Origin: Mycobacterium leprae TN
GTDB taxonomy: Bacteria; Actinomycetota; Actinomycetes; Mycobacteriales; Mycobacteriaceae
Length of the DNA stretch: 32,000 nucleotides
Direction of reading: 5' to 3'
NCBI RefSeq assembly: GCF_000195855.1
Contig: NC_002677.1
Coordinates: forward strand, 480,001-512,000
Shown here: positions 11,043-20,913 of the stretch, in pieces
Layout: every line of letters begins with the position of its first letter
How positions within the stretch are numbered: the first letter of the stretch is position 1
The notes under the pieces: model-generated
What the model was told of the DNA's origin: nothing
Seen by the model: the letters and a program-made list of their open reading frames with translations, nothing else
Databases searched by the model: none
Program-made: the position numbers and the translations under genes

Positions 11043-12632
11043 GTGGCTGACTCTGCTGGCCTCGACCAGCCCGAACCCTCGCCCCGCCCCGTGTTGGTGG
11101 TCGACTTCGGTGCGCAGTATGCACAGCTTATTGCCCGCCGGGTTCGAGAAGCACGGGTTTTTTCCGAGGTAATTCCGCACACCACCTCGATCGAGGAGAT
11201 CACCGCCCGTGATCCGCTGGCGATTGTGCTTTCTGGTGGACCGGCCAGTGTCTATACGGAAGGTGCTCCGCAGCTCGATCCAGCGCTGTTTGACCTCGGT
11301 TTGCCGGTGTTCGGGATCTGCTACGGGTTTCAGGCCATGGCTCAGGTGCTCGGCGGGACTGTCGCCCGAACCAAGACCAGTGAATACGGCCGGACGGAAC
11401 TGAAAGTCCTTGGCGGTGATCTGCATTCGGGTCTTCCTGGTGTCCAGCCGGTCTGGATGAGTCACGGTGACGCGGTCACCGCCGCGCCCGATGGATTCGA
11501 CGTGGCTGCCAGCAGCTCGGGTGCCCCAGTGGCCGCCTTCGAGAACCGGGACCGGCGTCTGGCCGGGGTGCAGTATCACCCGGAGGTGATGCACACCCCG
11601 CACGGGCAACAAGTACTCAGCCGGTTCTTGCACGATTTCGCTGGGCTTGACGCGGATTGGACGGCTGCCAACATCGCTGGTGTGCTGGTCGAGCAGGTGC
11701 GTGCCCAGATCGGCAACGGCCATGCGATCTGCGGACTGTCTGGAGGTGTGGATTCCGCAGTGGCCGCAGCACTGGTGCAACGCGCCATCGGAGACCGATT
11801 GACCTGTATCTTTGTCGATCATGGTCTGCTGCGTGACGGTGAGCGCGGACAGGTGCAGCGTGATTTTGTCGCCGCTACTGGCGCTAAGCTGGTTACCGTC
11901 GACGCGGCCGAGACTTTCCTTCAGGCGCTGTCGGGTGTGACCAACCCCGAAGGCAAGCGTAAGATTATCGGACGCCAGTTCATCCGGGCATTTGAAGGTG
12001 CAGTACGGGATTTGTTGGGTGACAGCACTTTTGATTCCGGGATCGAGTTCTTGGTTCAGGGCACACTGTATCCGGATGTGGTGGAGTCCGGTGGGGGCAG
12101 TGGCACTGCGAACATCAAGAGCCACCACAATGTTGGTGGTCTTCCCGACAACCTAAGGTTCAAGCTCGTTGAGCCGCTGCGGCTGCTATTCAAAGACGAG
12201 GTGCGTGCGGTCGGTCGACAGTTGGACCTGCCGGAGGAAATTGTTGCTCGCCAACCATTTCCGGGTCCTGGCCTGGGCATCCGGATCGTTGGTGAGGTGA
12301 CTGCCGAACGGCTGGACACGCTGCGGCGGGCCGACTCGATAGCGCGTGAGGAGCTGACCACGGCGGGTCTGGACTACCAGATTTGGCAGTGCCCGGTAGT
12401 GCTGCTGGCCGACGTACGTTCGGTCGGTGTGCAGGGGGATAATCGCAGTTACGGACACCCGATCGTGCTGCGGCCAGTGTCTAGCGAGGATGCCATGACA
12501 GCCGATTGGACCTGGGTTCCTTATGAGGTGTTGGAGTGCATCTCGACGCGTATCACCAACGAGGTTGCTGAGGTTAACCGCGTGGTGTTGGACATCACCA
12601 ACAAACCGCCCGGCACCATCGAGTGGGAATAG
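11043..12632 (+). CDS. guaA: GMP synthase (glutamine-hydrolysing)
   Basis: Glutamine amidotransferase domain (GICYGFQ, HPE), ATP-PPase P-loop (SGGVDS) and the C-terminal dimerisation domain are present. GTG 11043 places 15 residues before PVLVVDFG, as in Mtb GuaA. The ORF-track start at 10860 adds a 61-aa non-homologous extension. Confidence 0.95.
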
Positions 12633-12713
12633 CGGTCGCCGAAAACTTTCCGGAATGACATCACGTCGCTGGCGCTCCTCGGGCGCTCAGGGTTGCCGGT
12701 GAATGCGGAACCG

Positions 12714-13823
12714 TTATTTGGTGTCGATGATGAACTCTTCGAGCTGGGCACGCGCGATCTCGTCGGGTAGCTGTTGCGGCGGGCTTTTCATCAGGTAGGA
12801 TGAAGCCGGGATCACTGGTCCACCGATCCCTCGGTCCTTGGCTATCTTTGCTGCCCGTACCGCGTCGATGATGACGCCCGCTGAGTTCGGTGAGTCCCAT
12901 ACCTCGAGCTTGTATTCGAGGTTCAGCGGCACATCGCCGAAACCACGGCCTTCCAGTCGGACGTAGGCCCATTTGCGGTCATCGAGCCAGCCGACGTGGT
13001 CTGACGGACCGATGTGGATGTCTTTGGTATTGAATTCCCGATGCACGTTCGACGTTACGGCCTGGGTCTTGGAGATCTTCTTGGATTGCACCCGTTCGCG
13101 CTCGAGCATATTCAGGAAGTCCATGTTGCCGCCCACGTTGAGTTGCATGGTGCGGTCCAGCTGCACCCCGCGGTCCTCAAACAGCTTGGCCATCACCCGG
13201 TGAGTGATGGTTGCGCCGACCTGGCTCTTAATGTCATCACCTACGATCGGTACCCTGGCGTCGGCGAATTTTTTGGCCCACACTGGGTCGGAGGCGATGA
13301 ACACCGGCAGCGCGTTCACGAACGCTACGCGGGCGTTGATGGCGCACTGGGCATAGAACTTGTCGGCTTCTTCGGAACCCACCGGCAGGTAGGACACCAG
13401 CACGTCTGTCTTGGCTTCTGTTAGTGCCTGGACTACGTCGACGGGTGGAACGTCTGACAGCTCAATGGTGTCGGTGTAGTACTTGCCGATGCCGTCCAGT
13501 GTTGGGCCGCGCTGCACCACCACATTGGTGGGTGGCACGTCGGCGATCTTGATGGTGTTGTTCTCTGAGGTGAAGATCGCGTCCGACAAGTCTACGCCGA
13601 CCTTCTTGGCGTCTACGTCGAAGGCCGCCACGAATTTAACATCACGCACATGGTAGGGTCCGAACCGCACGTGCATAAGACCGGGCACTGTCGATGTGTC
13701 GTCAGCGTTCTGGTAGTACTCGATACCTTGAACTAGCGAGGACGCGCAGTTGCCCACGCCGACAATGGCTACTCTTACCTCAGTCGACGCCCCTGGCGCC
13801 CCTGCTGGGTTGTGCTCACTCAT
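12714..13823 (-). CDS. ino1: myo-Inositol-1-phosphate synthase
   Basis: 369-codon ORF. The translation ([22 protein letters not shown]...) is collinear with Mtb Ino1 (Rv0046c). It is convergent with guaA across an 81-bp gap. Confidence 0.95.
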   Translation of the reverse strand: MSEHNPAGAPGASTEVRVAIVGVGNCASSLVQGIEYYQNADDTSTVPGLMHVRFGPYHVRDVKFVAAFDVDAKKVGVDLSDAIFTSENNTIKIADVPPTNVVVQRGPTLDGIGKYYTDTIELSDVPPVDVVQALTEAKTDVLVSYLPVGSEEADKFYAQCAINARVAFVNALPVFIASDPVWAKKFADARVPIVGDDIKSQVGATITHRVMAKLFEDRGVQLDRTMQLNVGGNMDFLNMLERERVQSKKISKTQAVTSNVHREFNTKDIHIGPSDHVGWLDDRKWAYVRLEGRGFGDVPLNLEYKLEVWDSPNSAGVIIDAVRAAKIAKDRGIGGPVIPASSYLMKSPPQQLPDEIARAQLEEFIIDTK

Positions 13824-13938
13824 AGGGCGTTCTCAAAACTTTGTTTCAGGTGTTTGTTGTTTGGTACAGGGAGTTAGCTAAGCAGGGTGAATGACCGCAC
13901 TGGCTTTAGTGCCGCTGACTCGGATGATACGACGTTTA

Positions 13939-15771
13939 TCATTTGATAATGCCGATCTTGCGGCGTTGTAGGAAGACAAAAACCGCAGCGGCGAGCATAA
14001 TTCCCTTGATGATCTGCGAGGCGGCATTCCCAACACCCATAAACACCATGCCGTTGGAGAGCATCGAGATGATTATTGCACCGATCAGCGTTCCGCTGAG
14101 TCGTCCCAATCCGCCGGTTAAGGGCGTGCCGCCGATGACGACTGCGGCGATGACATCGATCTCGAAACCTGTTGCTGCGGTGGGTGTCCCGGCTCCGAGG
14201 CGGGAAGCAAGCACGATACCGCCGAGGCCTGCTGTCAGTCCGCAGATCGCGAAGATCGCGACTTTGATCCCGCGGGTAGGTACCCCGGCTAACGTTGCGA
14301 CACGTTCGTTGCCACCGATGGCTTTGACCCACCGACCAAACATGGTGAATTGGAATAAGATCCCTGCCAGGATTGTGACGAAAAGACAGACGATGAGGAT
14401 CCACGGCATGGCTCCCATTGCACCCAGTATTCCGTGAAACGGCATCGGTTTGGCAGAACTGTCGCTGATCATCAGGGTGATACCACGGCAGACTTGAAGC
14501 ATGCCGAGGGTGCTAACGAATGACGGAATCTTCCCGTAGGCAAAAACGATGCCGTTTACCATCCCAGCAGCCAACCCCACCAGCAGGGCGGTGACGATCG
14601 CAGCGAATTGATTCTGTGCAGCCACGAGTGCCGCGGTGACTCCAGTCAATGCGACGATCGAGCCCACCGATAGTTCAACGGAGCCTGCCATGATAACGAA
14701 AGTCATGCCGTATCCGACGATCGCCAGCACCACGGTTTGTTGGAGAATGACCAGCAGATTTGATGGTGCATAGAACTTAGCTCCGGCCGCAGCTGTAAAA
14801 AACACAAACAGTGCGATCAGCGCGACGAACGGTACCAGCTGCTGCGGCGTGACGGCACATTGTTTCTTGTTCTTGGCTGCATACATCGCGGAGTCGGCAT
14901 CACGCAAAATGTCGGCGGCCCGCCGTCGATCGTCAGGTCTCACCTCAAGGATGCCAACACTCGCTCCGATAGGCACCGTGAGCTGGTCGACCACGAGTGA
15001 CTCGGACAGTGTTGTGTGCAGTCTTTTTGCGACGTCGTTAGCATTCATGTCCGAAAGGGGACCCCGGAGTAGTACGATGAACTCGTCTCCGCCCAGCCGC
15101 GCGACGACATCGTCGGGCCGCACAGCCGAGCGTAGTCGCTGCGCTACAGTCTGCAACACCGCGTCACCTACGTCGTGGCCTAGTGAGTCGTTGATCACTT
15201 TGAAATCGTCGAGGTCAAGAAGCAGTACAGCAGCTAATCGAGAGCGTTCGTCATGCTGCAGTGATTTGGTGATCTGGTCTTCCGCAAACCTGCGATTGGC
15301 AAGACCGGTGAGACAGTCGTGGGTTGCCTCGTAGGTGAGCCGTTCGATCGAAAGGTGGTGGGCAGAAATGTCAGAAAACGAGACTACCAGTGCAGAGTGT
15401 GGGGGAGCCTTGTACGCAAGCAGGCTCACGTTTACCGATAGCCATAACCGCTGGCCACTGTGTTGGTCAATGCCGACGACTTTGCTTACCGTTGTTACTT
15501 CGCGTCGTACGACGCGCATGACCTCACGCTCAAGATCAACCCGCTGATTGTCTGTATCGTAGAAGCAGAATGGATGGCCATGCTTCATGTCAACGACATC
15601 GTGGGCTCGTAAGCCCAATATCCGAGTAGCGGCGGGATTAATGGACTCAATCCGTCCGTCGATGTCTACCACAATGACTCCGTCGGCCATTGATGTGACA
15701 ATCGCTTGGAAGTATTGTTCGGCGTCACACTTCGTCGTGTGATCCACGCCCTCTGATGTAATGTCGGCCAC
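13939..15771 (-). CDS. Fusion protein: PAS sensor + GGDEF diguanylate cyclase + RbsC-type (CUT2) ABC sugar permease
   Basis: 610-codon uninterrupted ORF with a GTG start. PAS spans aa ~17-135 (nt ~15367-15723). GGDEF spans aa ~142-303, with DLDDFKVIND, the GGDEF motif at nt 15079-15093 and an RxxD I-site at nt 15109-15120. From aa ~310 (nt ~13942-14842) it is a multi-TM BPD_transp_2 permease collinear with E. coli RbsC (GSVELSVGS, GGNERVATLAGV, IGGTPLTGG). From memory this may correspond to ML0397c. Confidence 0.85.
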   Translation of the reverse strand: MADITSEGVDHTTKCDAEQYFQAIVTSMADGVIVVDIDGRIESINPAATRILGLRAHDVVDMKHGHPFCFYDTDNQRVDLEREVMRVVRREVTTVSKVVGIDQHSGQRLWLSVNVSLLAYKAPPHSALVVSFSDISAHHLSIERLTYEATHDCLTGLANRRFAEDQITKSLQHDERSRLAAVLLLDLDDFKVINDSLGHDVGDAVLQTVAQRLRSAVRPDDVVARLGGDEFIVLLRGPLSDMNANDVAKRLHTTLSESLVVDQLTVPIGASVGILEVRPDDRRRAADILRDADSAMYAAKNKKQCAVTPQQLVPFVALIALFVFFTAAAGAKFYAPSNLLVILQQTVVLAIVGYGMTFVIMAGSVELSVGSIVALTGVTAALVAAQNQFAAIVTALLVGLAAGMVNGIVFAYGKIPSFVSTLGMLQVCRGITLMISDSSAKPMPFHGILGAMGAMPWILIVCLFVTILAGILFQFTMFGRWVKAIGGNERVATLAGVPTRGIKVAIFAICGLTAGLGGIVLASRLGAGTPTAATGFEIDVIAAVVIGGTPLTGGLGRLSGTLIGAIIISMLSNGMVFMGVGNAASQIIKGIMLAAAVFVFLQRRKIGIIK

Positions 15772-16059
15772 AGCATCAGAGAGTACAACTGTGCTTGAGT
15801 ACGATGTGCGGTTCGGTTGACGTTGTGGTATTCGCCCAGTTCATGTGTAACGGTTTTGGTGATTTGCTTGGTCGCTCAGCCAGCGTCTGGACTATTGTTC
15901 CAGTCCTGGCTAAGCATCCCCTGCCGTTCTCGTTGGTAAACCCAGGGTTTGTTGTGGGTTCAACTGCGGCGACGGTGTTCTGAGTCCAGTTAAGCGCTTA
16001 CAAAGCACCATAGGAGTTGCCTAGTACGGGTTGTCTGGAACAGATCGGACATTTTTTGA

Positions 16060-17097
16060 TCAGTTCAAGGTGATCGTCATATCGAACGGGGTTGTGGACT
16101 TCCAGTTGTAGTGTGGCGTGTTGTCGATGTAGCGGGCCTTGAACTTGGCGACGTTGGATTTGTCAACCTTGAGCAGGTCGAGCTTCACCATCCGCTCAGC
16201 AGGATCTTGGCCGTGGATTTTGCGATAGAGGATTGCCAGCCCGAACCCGCCCTCTAGCCAATGGGCGCCCAAGCTGACGGTGTACAATCCGTTTTCGATC
16301 GCTGCGATTGCTTGCGGTGTCAAATCCATTCCTCCAAAGATGAATTCCTTTTCACGATTGGCGTTGTATACTGCTTTGATTGCGCCCTGGCAGAGTTTGT
16401 CGTTGAAGCACCAGATGGCGTTGGCGTCGCCGGCGGGGTGTGCTTGCAGCATGTTCTCGGCGGCGGCAAGGCCTTTGTCTTCGCTGTCACCGGCGTACTG
16501 AAACTGCACAAGCCGGTGACCGACTGCCGTGAGCGCTGATTCCAGGCCAGCCTTGCGGCCCTGGGCCACCGAGTTGCCGGGCATGCCACCGAGGGCAAGG
16601 AATTTCGACCCGCCGCCAGCCATGAGTGCTTCAGCAATGCCGCTTCCGGCTTTCTCATTATTGGGTCCCAGGAAGGCCACATAATCAGCGTTTTTGTTCT
16701 GCCCCGGGGCATATCCTGGGTAGCGGTCGACTACGACCACCGGGATGTTTGCCTGGGTGGCTATCCGCAGCAGCGTGGGAGCGATCGATGTTGACTGGGG
16801 GGTGACGATAAGCCCGTCGATGCCTTGGTTGATGAGGGTCTCAACGTCGGACAGTTGTTTTTGTTCGTCTTCTTCAGCCGACACGGCATTGATATAGACA
16901 CCGAGTTGGTGGCTTCCCTCGTCGATAAAGCGTGTGTAGGCATTCCAGAACGGACTGTTCGCGGTAGGATAGGACACGCCGATGGTCAGCTTGTGATGTG
17001 ACTCTGAGAAACCACACGCCGGCAGGATTGCTGGTAGCAGTCCCAGGATCAGCATAATGCTAGCCACGCGCAGTGGTACACTCGTTCCTGTGCTCAT
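16060..17097 (-). CDS. Periplasmic sugar-binding lipoprotein, type I (RbsB-like) ABC solute-binding protein
   Basis: 345-codon ORF with a signal peptide and a lipobox-like LPAC|G. The Peripla_BP_4-type body is recognisable (IGVSYPTANSPFW..., IPVVVVDR, FNDKLCQGA). It lies on the same strand, 288 bp upstream of the fusion gene. From memory this may correspond to ML0398c. Confidence 0.85.
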   Translation of the reverse strand: MSTGTSVPLRVASIMLILGLLPAILPACGFSESHHKLTIGVSYPTANSPFWNAYTRFIDEGSHQLGVYINAVSAEEDEQKQLSDVETLINQGIDGLIVTPQSTSIAPTLLRIATQANIPVVVVDRYPGYAPGQNKNADYVAFLGPNNEKAGSGIAEALMAGGGSKFLALGGMPGNSVAQGRKAGLESALTAVGHRLVQFQYAGDSEDKGLAAAENMLQAHPAGDANAIWCFNDKLCQGAIKAVYNANREKEFIFGGMDLTPQAIAAIENGLYTVSLGAHWLEGGFGLAILYRKIHGQDPAERMVKLDLLKVDKSNVAKFKARYIDNTPHYNWKSTTPFDMTITLN

Positions 17098-17341
17098 CAG
17101 GAGTCCTTTCGTGGGGCCGGCAGTGACGCTGGGTCAGGCGCATCGACAGTTTGGTCTTACGCCGTCTGACATGAGTTGAATCAATTGTTGTGCGGTAAGG
17201 CTTCTGAGCATTTTTCGTCCGCGCGCTTGCCGTAGATAATAGTAACTGAATTTCAATACTGGCAGGCCTCGTTGACGAGTCGGCGGTCGATGGTTGACGG
17301 GTGGCGGAGGCCAGGTGTTTGCCCGAGCATGAATTCGAGTT

Positions 17342-18016
17342 ATGTGTCTCCATAAATCTGGTAGGAGGCTAGTCGTGACCGCGGCTTTAGCCCCTGACCA
17401 GCGGTATGAGAATCGCGCTGATCAGCTCGAAGCATTGTGCCGTCGGATGGCTTTGATGTCTGAAAAGGCGTCCAGGCAAGTCGTAACCTGCTCTGCTACC
17501 GAAACCGGAATCTCGGCTGGCTGTCCCGCAGTGGCTTGCTGAAGCGCTGGACCCGAGGGGCCGGCAATGTACTACATTACGCGGGGGACGGTGGCGGTGT
17601 TGTCAGCTCGGTCATTGCTGTTGGGCGTGGTTGTTGTGGTGACGGCCGCCTGGGTCAACCCGTTGGTCTGCCTGATGTCGGACTGCTAGCCGCTGTGGAG
17701 TCTGGGGGCGGATCTGAGCCGGCTCGCGGTGATACCGGGTACCGCGACTGATCCAGTGGAAGTGGTTAGCGGTGTTTGTTGACGGCATGGTTCTGGTGGT
17801 ACTTGGTCTATGTGGGCACCTGGTGCCGCGCACTTGGGCGCGGGCAGTGGTAACCTGTGTTAAAAGTATGAGGTTGTTGCTATCTTGCTGGTCACCGATG
17901 GTGACTGGCAAGGGATTCTGACTCGGTTGGAGGGCCGAGTCTATGGCTATGAGATCACGATGAGCAACCAAGGCGCATCCACTCTCGGATTCGGGCACGT
18001 CGGGAGGTCCGGGTGA
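17342..18016 (+). pseudogene. imuA': imuA' (Rv3395c-like, RecA/SulA-fold mutasome accessory factor) remnant
   Basis: A single frame retains ...ADQLEALCRRMALMS...RGTVAVLSARSLLLGVVVVVTAAW...GADLSRLAVIPGTATDPVEVV...[26 protein letters not shown]. It is interrupted by four in-frame stop codons. It ends in GTGA, overlapping the imuB start. Confidence 0.6.
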
Positions 18017-19400
18017 GGGTCAGTGGCCTGTGTCCTGGAAGACAGGATTGAGTGTCTGGTAGCTATCCTGGGCGATTTCCGGTCACTTCATCATCCCGGA
18101 TGTTGGCGATTTGGTTCATGGACTGGCCGGCGGTCGCGACAGTCCCGGTCGTGGTCACTTTGGCTAACCGGGTGACTTCCTACTCGTCGGGCCGCCCCTC
18201 GCAAGGGTAGTCCGGCGAGGGCTGCGACGTCGTGAGGTGGCGGTCCGATGCCCGCAACTGTACGTCATGACTGTTGCCATTGACCGCGGCGCCCATTTTT
18301 TTGAGGGAGTGATCGCGGCCGTGGACGATCTGGTGTTCCGCCTCGAGGTGTTGCCGGCTCGGGCTTTTGGTGTTGTCATGCGAGGAACGGCCCGCTATTT
18401 CGGGTCCGGACAGCAGGTAACAACGCGGTGCTTGCCGATCTGGTTGACCGCCGCACTGTTGGTTACTGATGTGGCCTCACAGGTTCGGCGCTTATGGGGT
18501 AGCCGCCCACCGGTCCGGCCCATGGCGAACTCGAACGTCCGCATCTGTACAAATTGGCGCACTGCATCAGGCACTGATGGCCGCAGGAGTGGTATGTTAC
18601 CCGACTGACCATTTACGCCGTCACCGCTAATGTCGAAGAGTTGACTCGGGTGTGGTGGTGCGCCAAGCCGTTGACCGAGAATGCCACCGCCGATCGGGGT
18701 GCATTGGAAACTGAATGGCCCGTCAAGCAATCGGACTGCCTGCGACCGGCTCATGTCCGAGTTGAAAATGTTATCGCTGCAGGCGGTGGAGGTGGAGGTG
18801 GTCTCTGCTGAGGAACTGCAGTTGCCGTTATGCTATGGCGTTGAGGAGCGGGACGAACTTCTAGGCTTGGCGGGTGCGGGTATTCCGTACTGTTCGGTGG
18901 TCGCGCTCCGGCCGAACACATCACGTTGACCTCGCTGGGTGGTGAGTCGGCACCGTAGGCCGACTCGGGTCAACTGTGGCGCGGCCAACTTCCCGAGCCG
19001 TCGCTGGCTGTGTTGCTTGACGACCCAATGGCATTACTTGATGGACAGGGAAATCCGATACGGGTGACCCGCGGGTCAAGGGGGTCATACCACCCGTGCC
19101 CAGGTACTGCTGGACAGCGAGCGTGCGCTGCTGCTGTGCTACCGGCAGCGGCGGTATAGGCCTTCTTGAAGGCAACGTTCCTTTGTCAAATGACTTGCCC
19201 TGCCACACTACTCTCTTGCCGATGTTCGTCGGTGTTCCGTTGTCGCTGTAGACCCACAGGCGCGTTTTGTCGGTAGGCCAACCGGATCGGCTTGCACCGT
19301 GGGATCCTTGCGCTGCTAGCCGTGGCTCGCGTGACAACAGTACTTCCTGCGCAGGATAGGCTAATGGGGCCCGCCAGTGCACCCATTTCGGCCACGTGTC
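18013..19400 (+). pseudogene. imuB: imuB (Rv3394c-like, catalytically dead Y-family polymerase homologue) remnant; 3' limit approximate
   Basis: Fragments in shifting frames: RMLAIWFMDWPAVA...LANRV; AVRCPQLYVM..DRGAHFFEGVIAAVDDLVFRLEVLPARAFGVVMRGTARYFGS; LLDDPMALLDGQGNPIRVTRG. There are multiple frameshifts and stops. Confidence 0.55.
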
Positions 19401-19933
19401 CGCGAACCTGTGCAGGTATCGCATGGTGAGGGTGATGGGGCCGGGCGGTATTAGTGACCCGCGCCGCCAGGTCGGTCATGTGTTCTGTATCCGCACCCTC
19501 CGGGTAGACATTGACGATTTCGCGTAGATTCGCGGCTACCGGCTGGTAGCCCTGGCGAGCAACAAGAATGTGGTTTCTTCGGTGGTTGAGTTCGTCGCGG
19601 CGATGTGTTTGCGCTCAGCGATAACAGCCTTGGCCAATTCGATATCGGCCAGAAGCAATGTGTGTAGCATGGTCCATTGCCGAACCGGCTATAGCGCACA
19701 TCTCTACGAGCTGGAACGTTCGCGCCGCGAACTCGTCTTCAACTACGCCGTTCATGCTCGCGGATCAGCCTGGGCCCACTGGATCCAAAACTTCTCACCG
19801 TCGTTTGTTACTGAATCGGAATGAGCTTGCATCAGGTGGATTCTATGGTGACGTCGTGTCCTATCTACCGAACATCTCGCGCTCTAGGGTCTCCGCTCGG
19901 AGACCGCACCATGGATACTCGGCCCGCCGAGAC

Positions 19934-20617
19934 CTACGACAAGGCGATTGGCCGCAAAAGTTGCTCTCTGGTTGGCCATGCTGACGTCGTCTGTGTAACT
20001 GTTGTGGGCAGTGAAATTGAGTTCGTCAGAGCACACCGGGTCTTCGGGACGCCTACCTTGATGGCCTTGGCTTGATGGGCCGGGCCGATGGCGACCGGTG
20101 ACTCGCCGAGGAAGTTCATGGCTTGGAAATTTGTCATTCCAAAGAGAACGACCGCAGCGATGTGGTCAGCGCACTCAGGCTGCAGCGGTTTGGACACGGT
20201 CGCCGGATCTATCCTGTCCAGCACCGCAGTCGAGGTAACGAAGCCCATCTACAGCTGCGCCTTGGGAATAATCGTAAAGTGCCATCCTGGTCTGCGGTCA
20301 GTTACTCGCTATCTAAACGACGTGACCGCTTGCGTCCCTAATGTCGTTAATGCCTGTGTACCAATCATTAGTGATTAGTGTCGGGGTAATTGAACTGGAT
20401 ATACGCCCACTGATCTGCCGCCGATGTGCTGGCGCAGGGGGGTCGATGAATGCTTCTCTGATTGGCCCAACACTGGGTAGAGTTGTCGATACCGTGTGCC
20501 AGCATGAATTTCACATCGTGGCATGGCTAGGTGGCCGCAGATGGCCAAGCGAAGATAGCAGGGGCCGAAGCTGCTTAGGCCTGATGCCGCTACTACTGTA
20601 GGATCAAGAAACAGCAC
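19934..20617 (-). pseudogene. Cutinase-family serine esterase remnant
   Basis: Fragments in three frames: ...GGRSVGVYPVQLP; NDWYTGINDIRDASGHVV*IASN*PQTRMALYDYSQGAAV (the GYSQG nucleophile elbow degraded to DYSQG); ADHIAAVVLFG...PVAIGPAHQAKAIKV. In-frame stops are present. Confidence 0.65.
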
Positions 20618-20913
20618 GATGTGACGTATGATTATGACGCAATAGGTGTTCGTTCAAGTTAAGCACCTAAATCTACTATATTCTGGCCCCATTGGATGGA
20701 TCTGGGCTGTCGGCAGCTTGCGTGCATTGTGCCGTTGGTGAGCAGAGCCCGGCCGGGCTGGCCGCATCGGCGGTGAACAATTGCGGGTGCTCCGCGTTCT
20801 ACAGTGGCGTTACGCTTGGGGTATCTGACCTGCGAACGACCCAACCCGGCCAATTTACCCGGTAGAAAAACGCCGCAGGGGCTACGCCAATGGAGATCAA
20901 GGTAGTTGGGCTT

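Noticed and set aside
11028-12128. 366-aa ORF antisense to guaA
   Set aside because: It is a shadow ORF inside a well-supported gene, with no recognisable motifs.
13943-15334. 164-aa and 161-aa ORFs antisense to the PAS-GGDEF-permease gene
   Set aside because: These are shadow ORFs. Their Pro/Ala/Ser/Thr-rich translations mirror the hydrophobic permease and GGDEF codons on the other strand.
18395-19424. Minus-strand ORFs (119 aa, 167 aa) as real genes or a second cutinase-like remnant
   Set aside because: Similarity to cutinase (FEFAMGRTGG versus FARGTGE) was weak. The plus strand of the same interval carries several collinear ImuB-like segments, which explains the region better.
19400-19933. 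Unassigned decayed interval between the imuB and cutinase remnants
   Set aside because: Several frames give protein-like stretches (for example LADIELAKAVIAERKHIAA), but I could not assign a family, so it is left unannotated.
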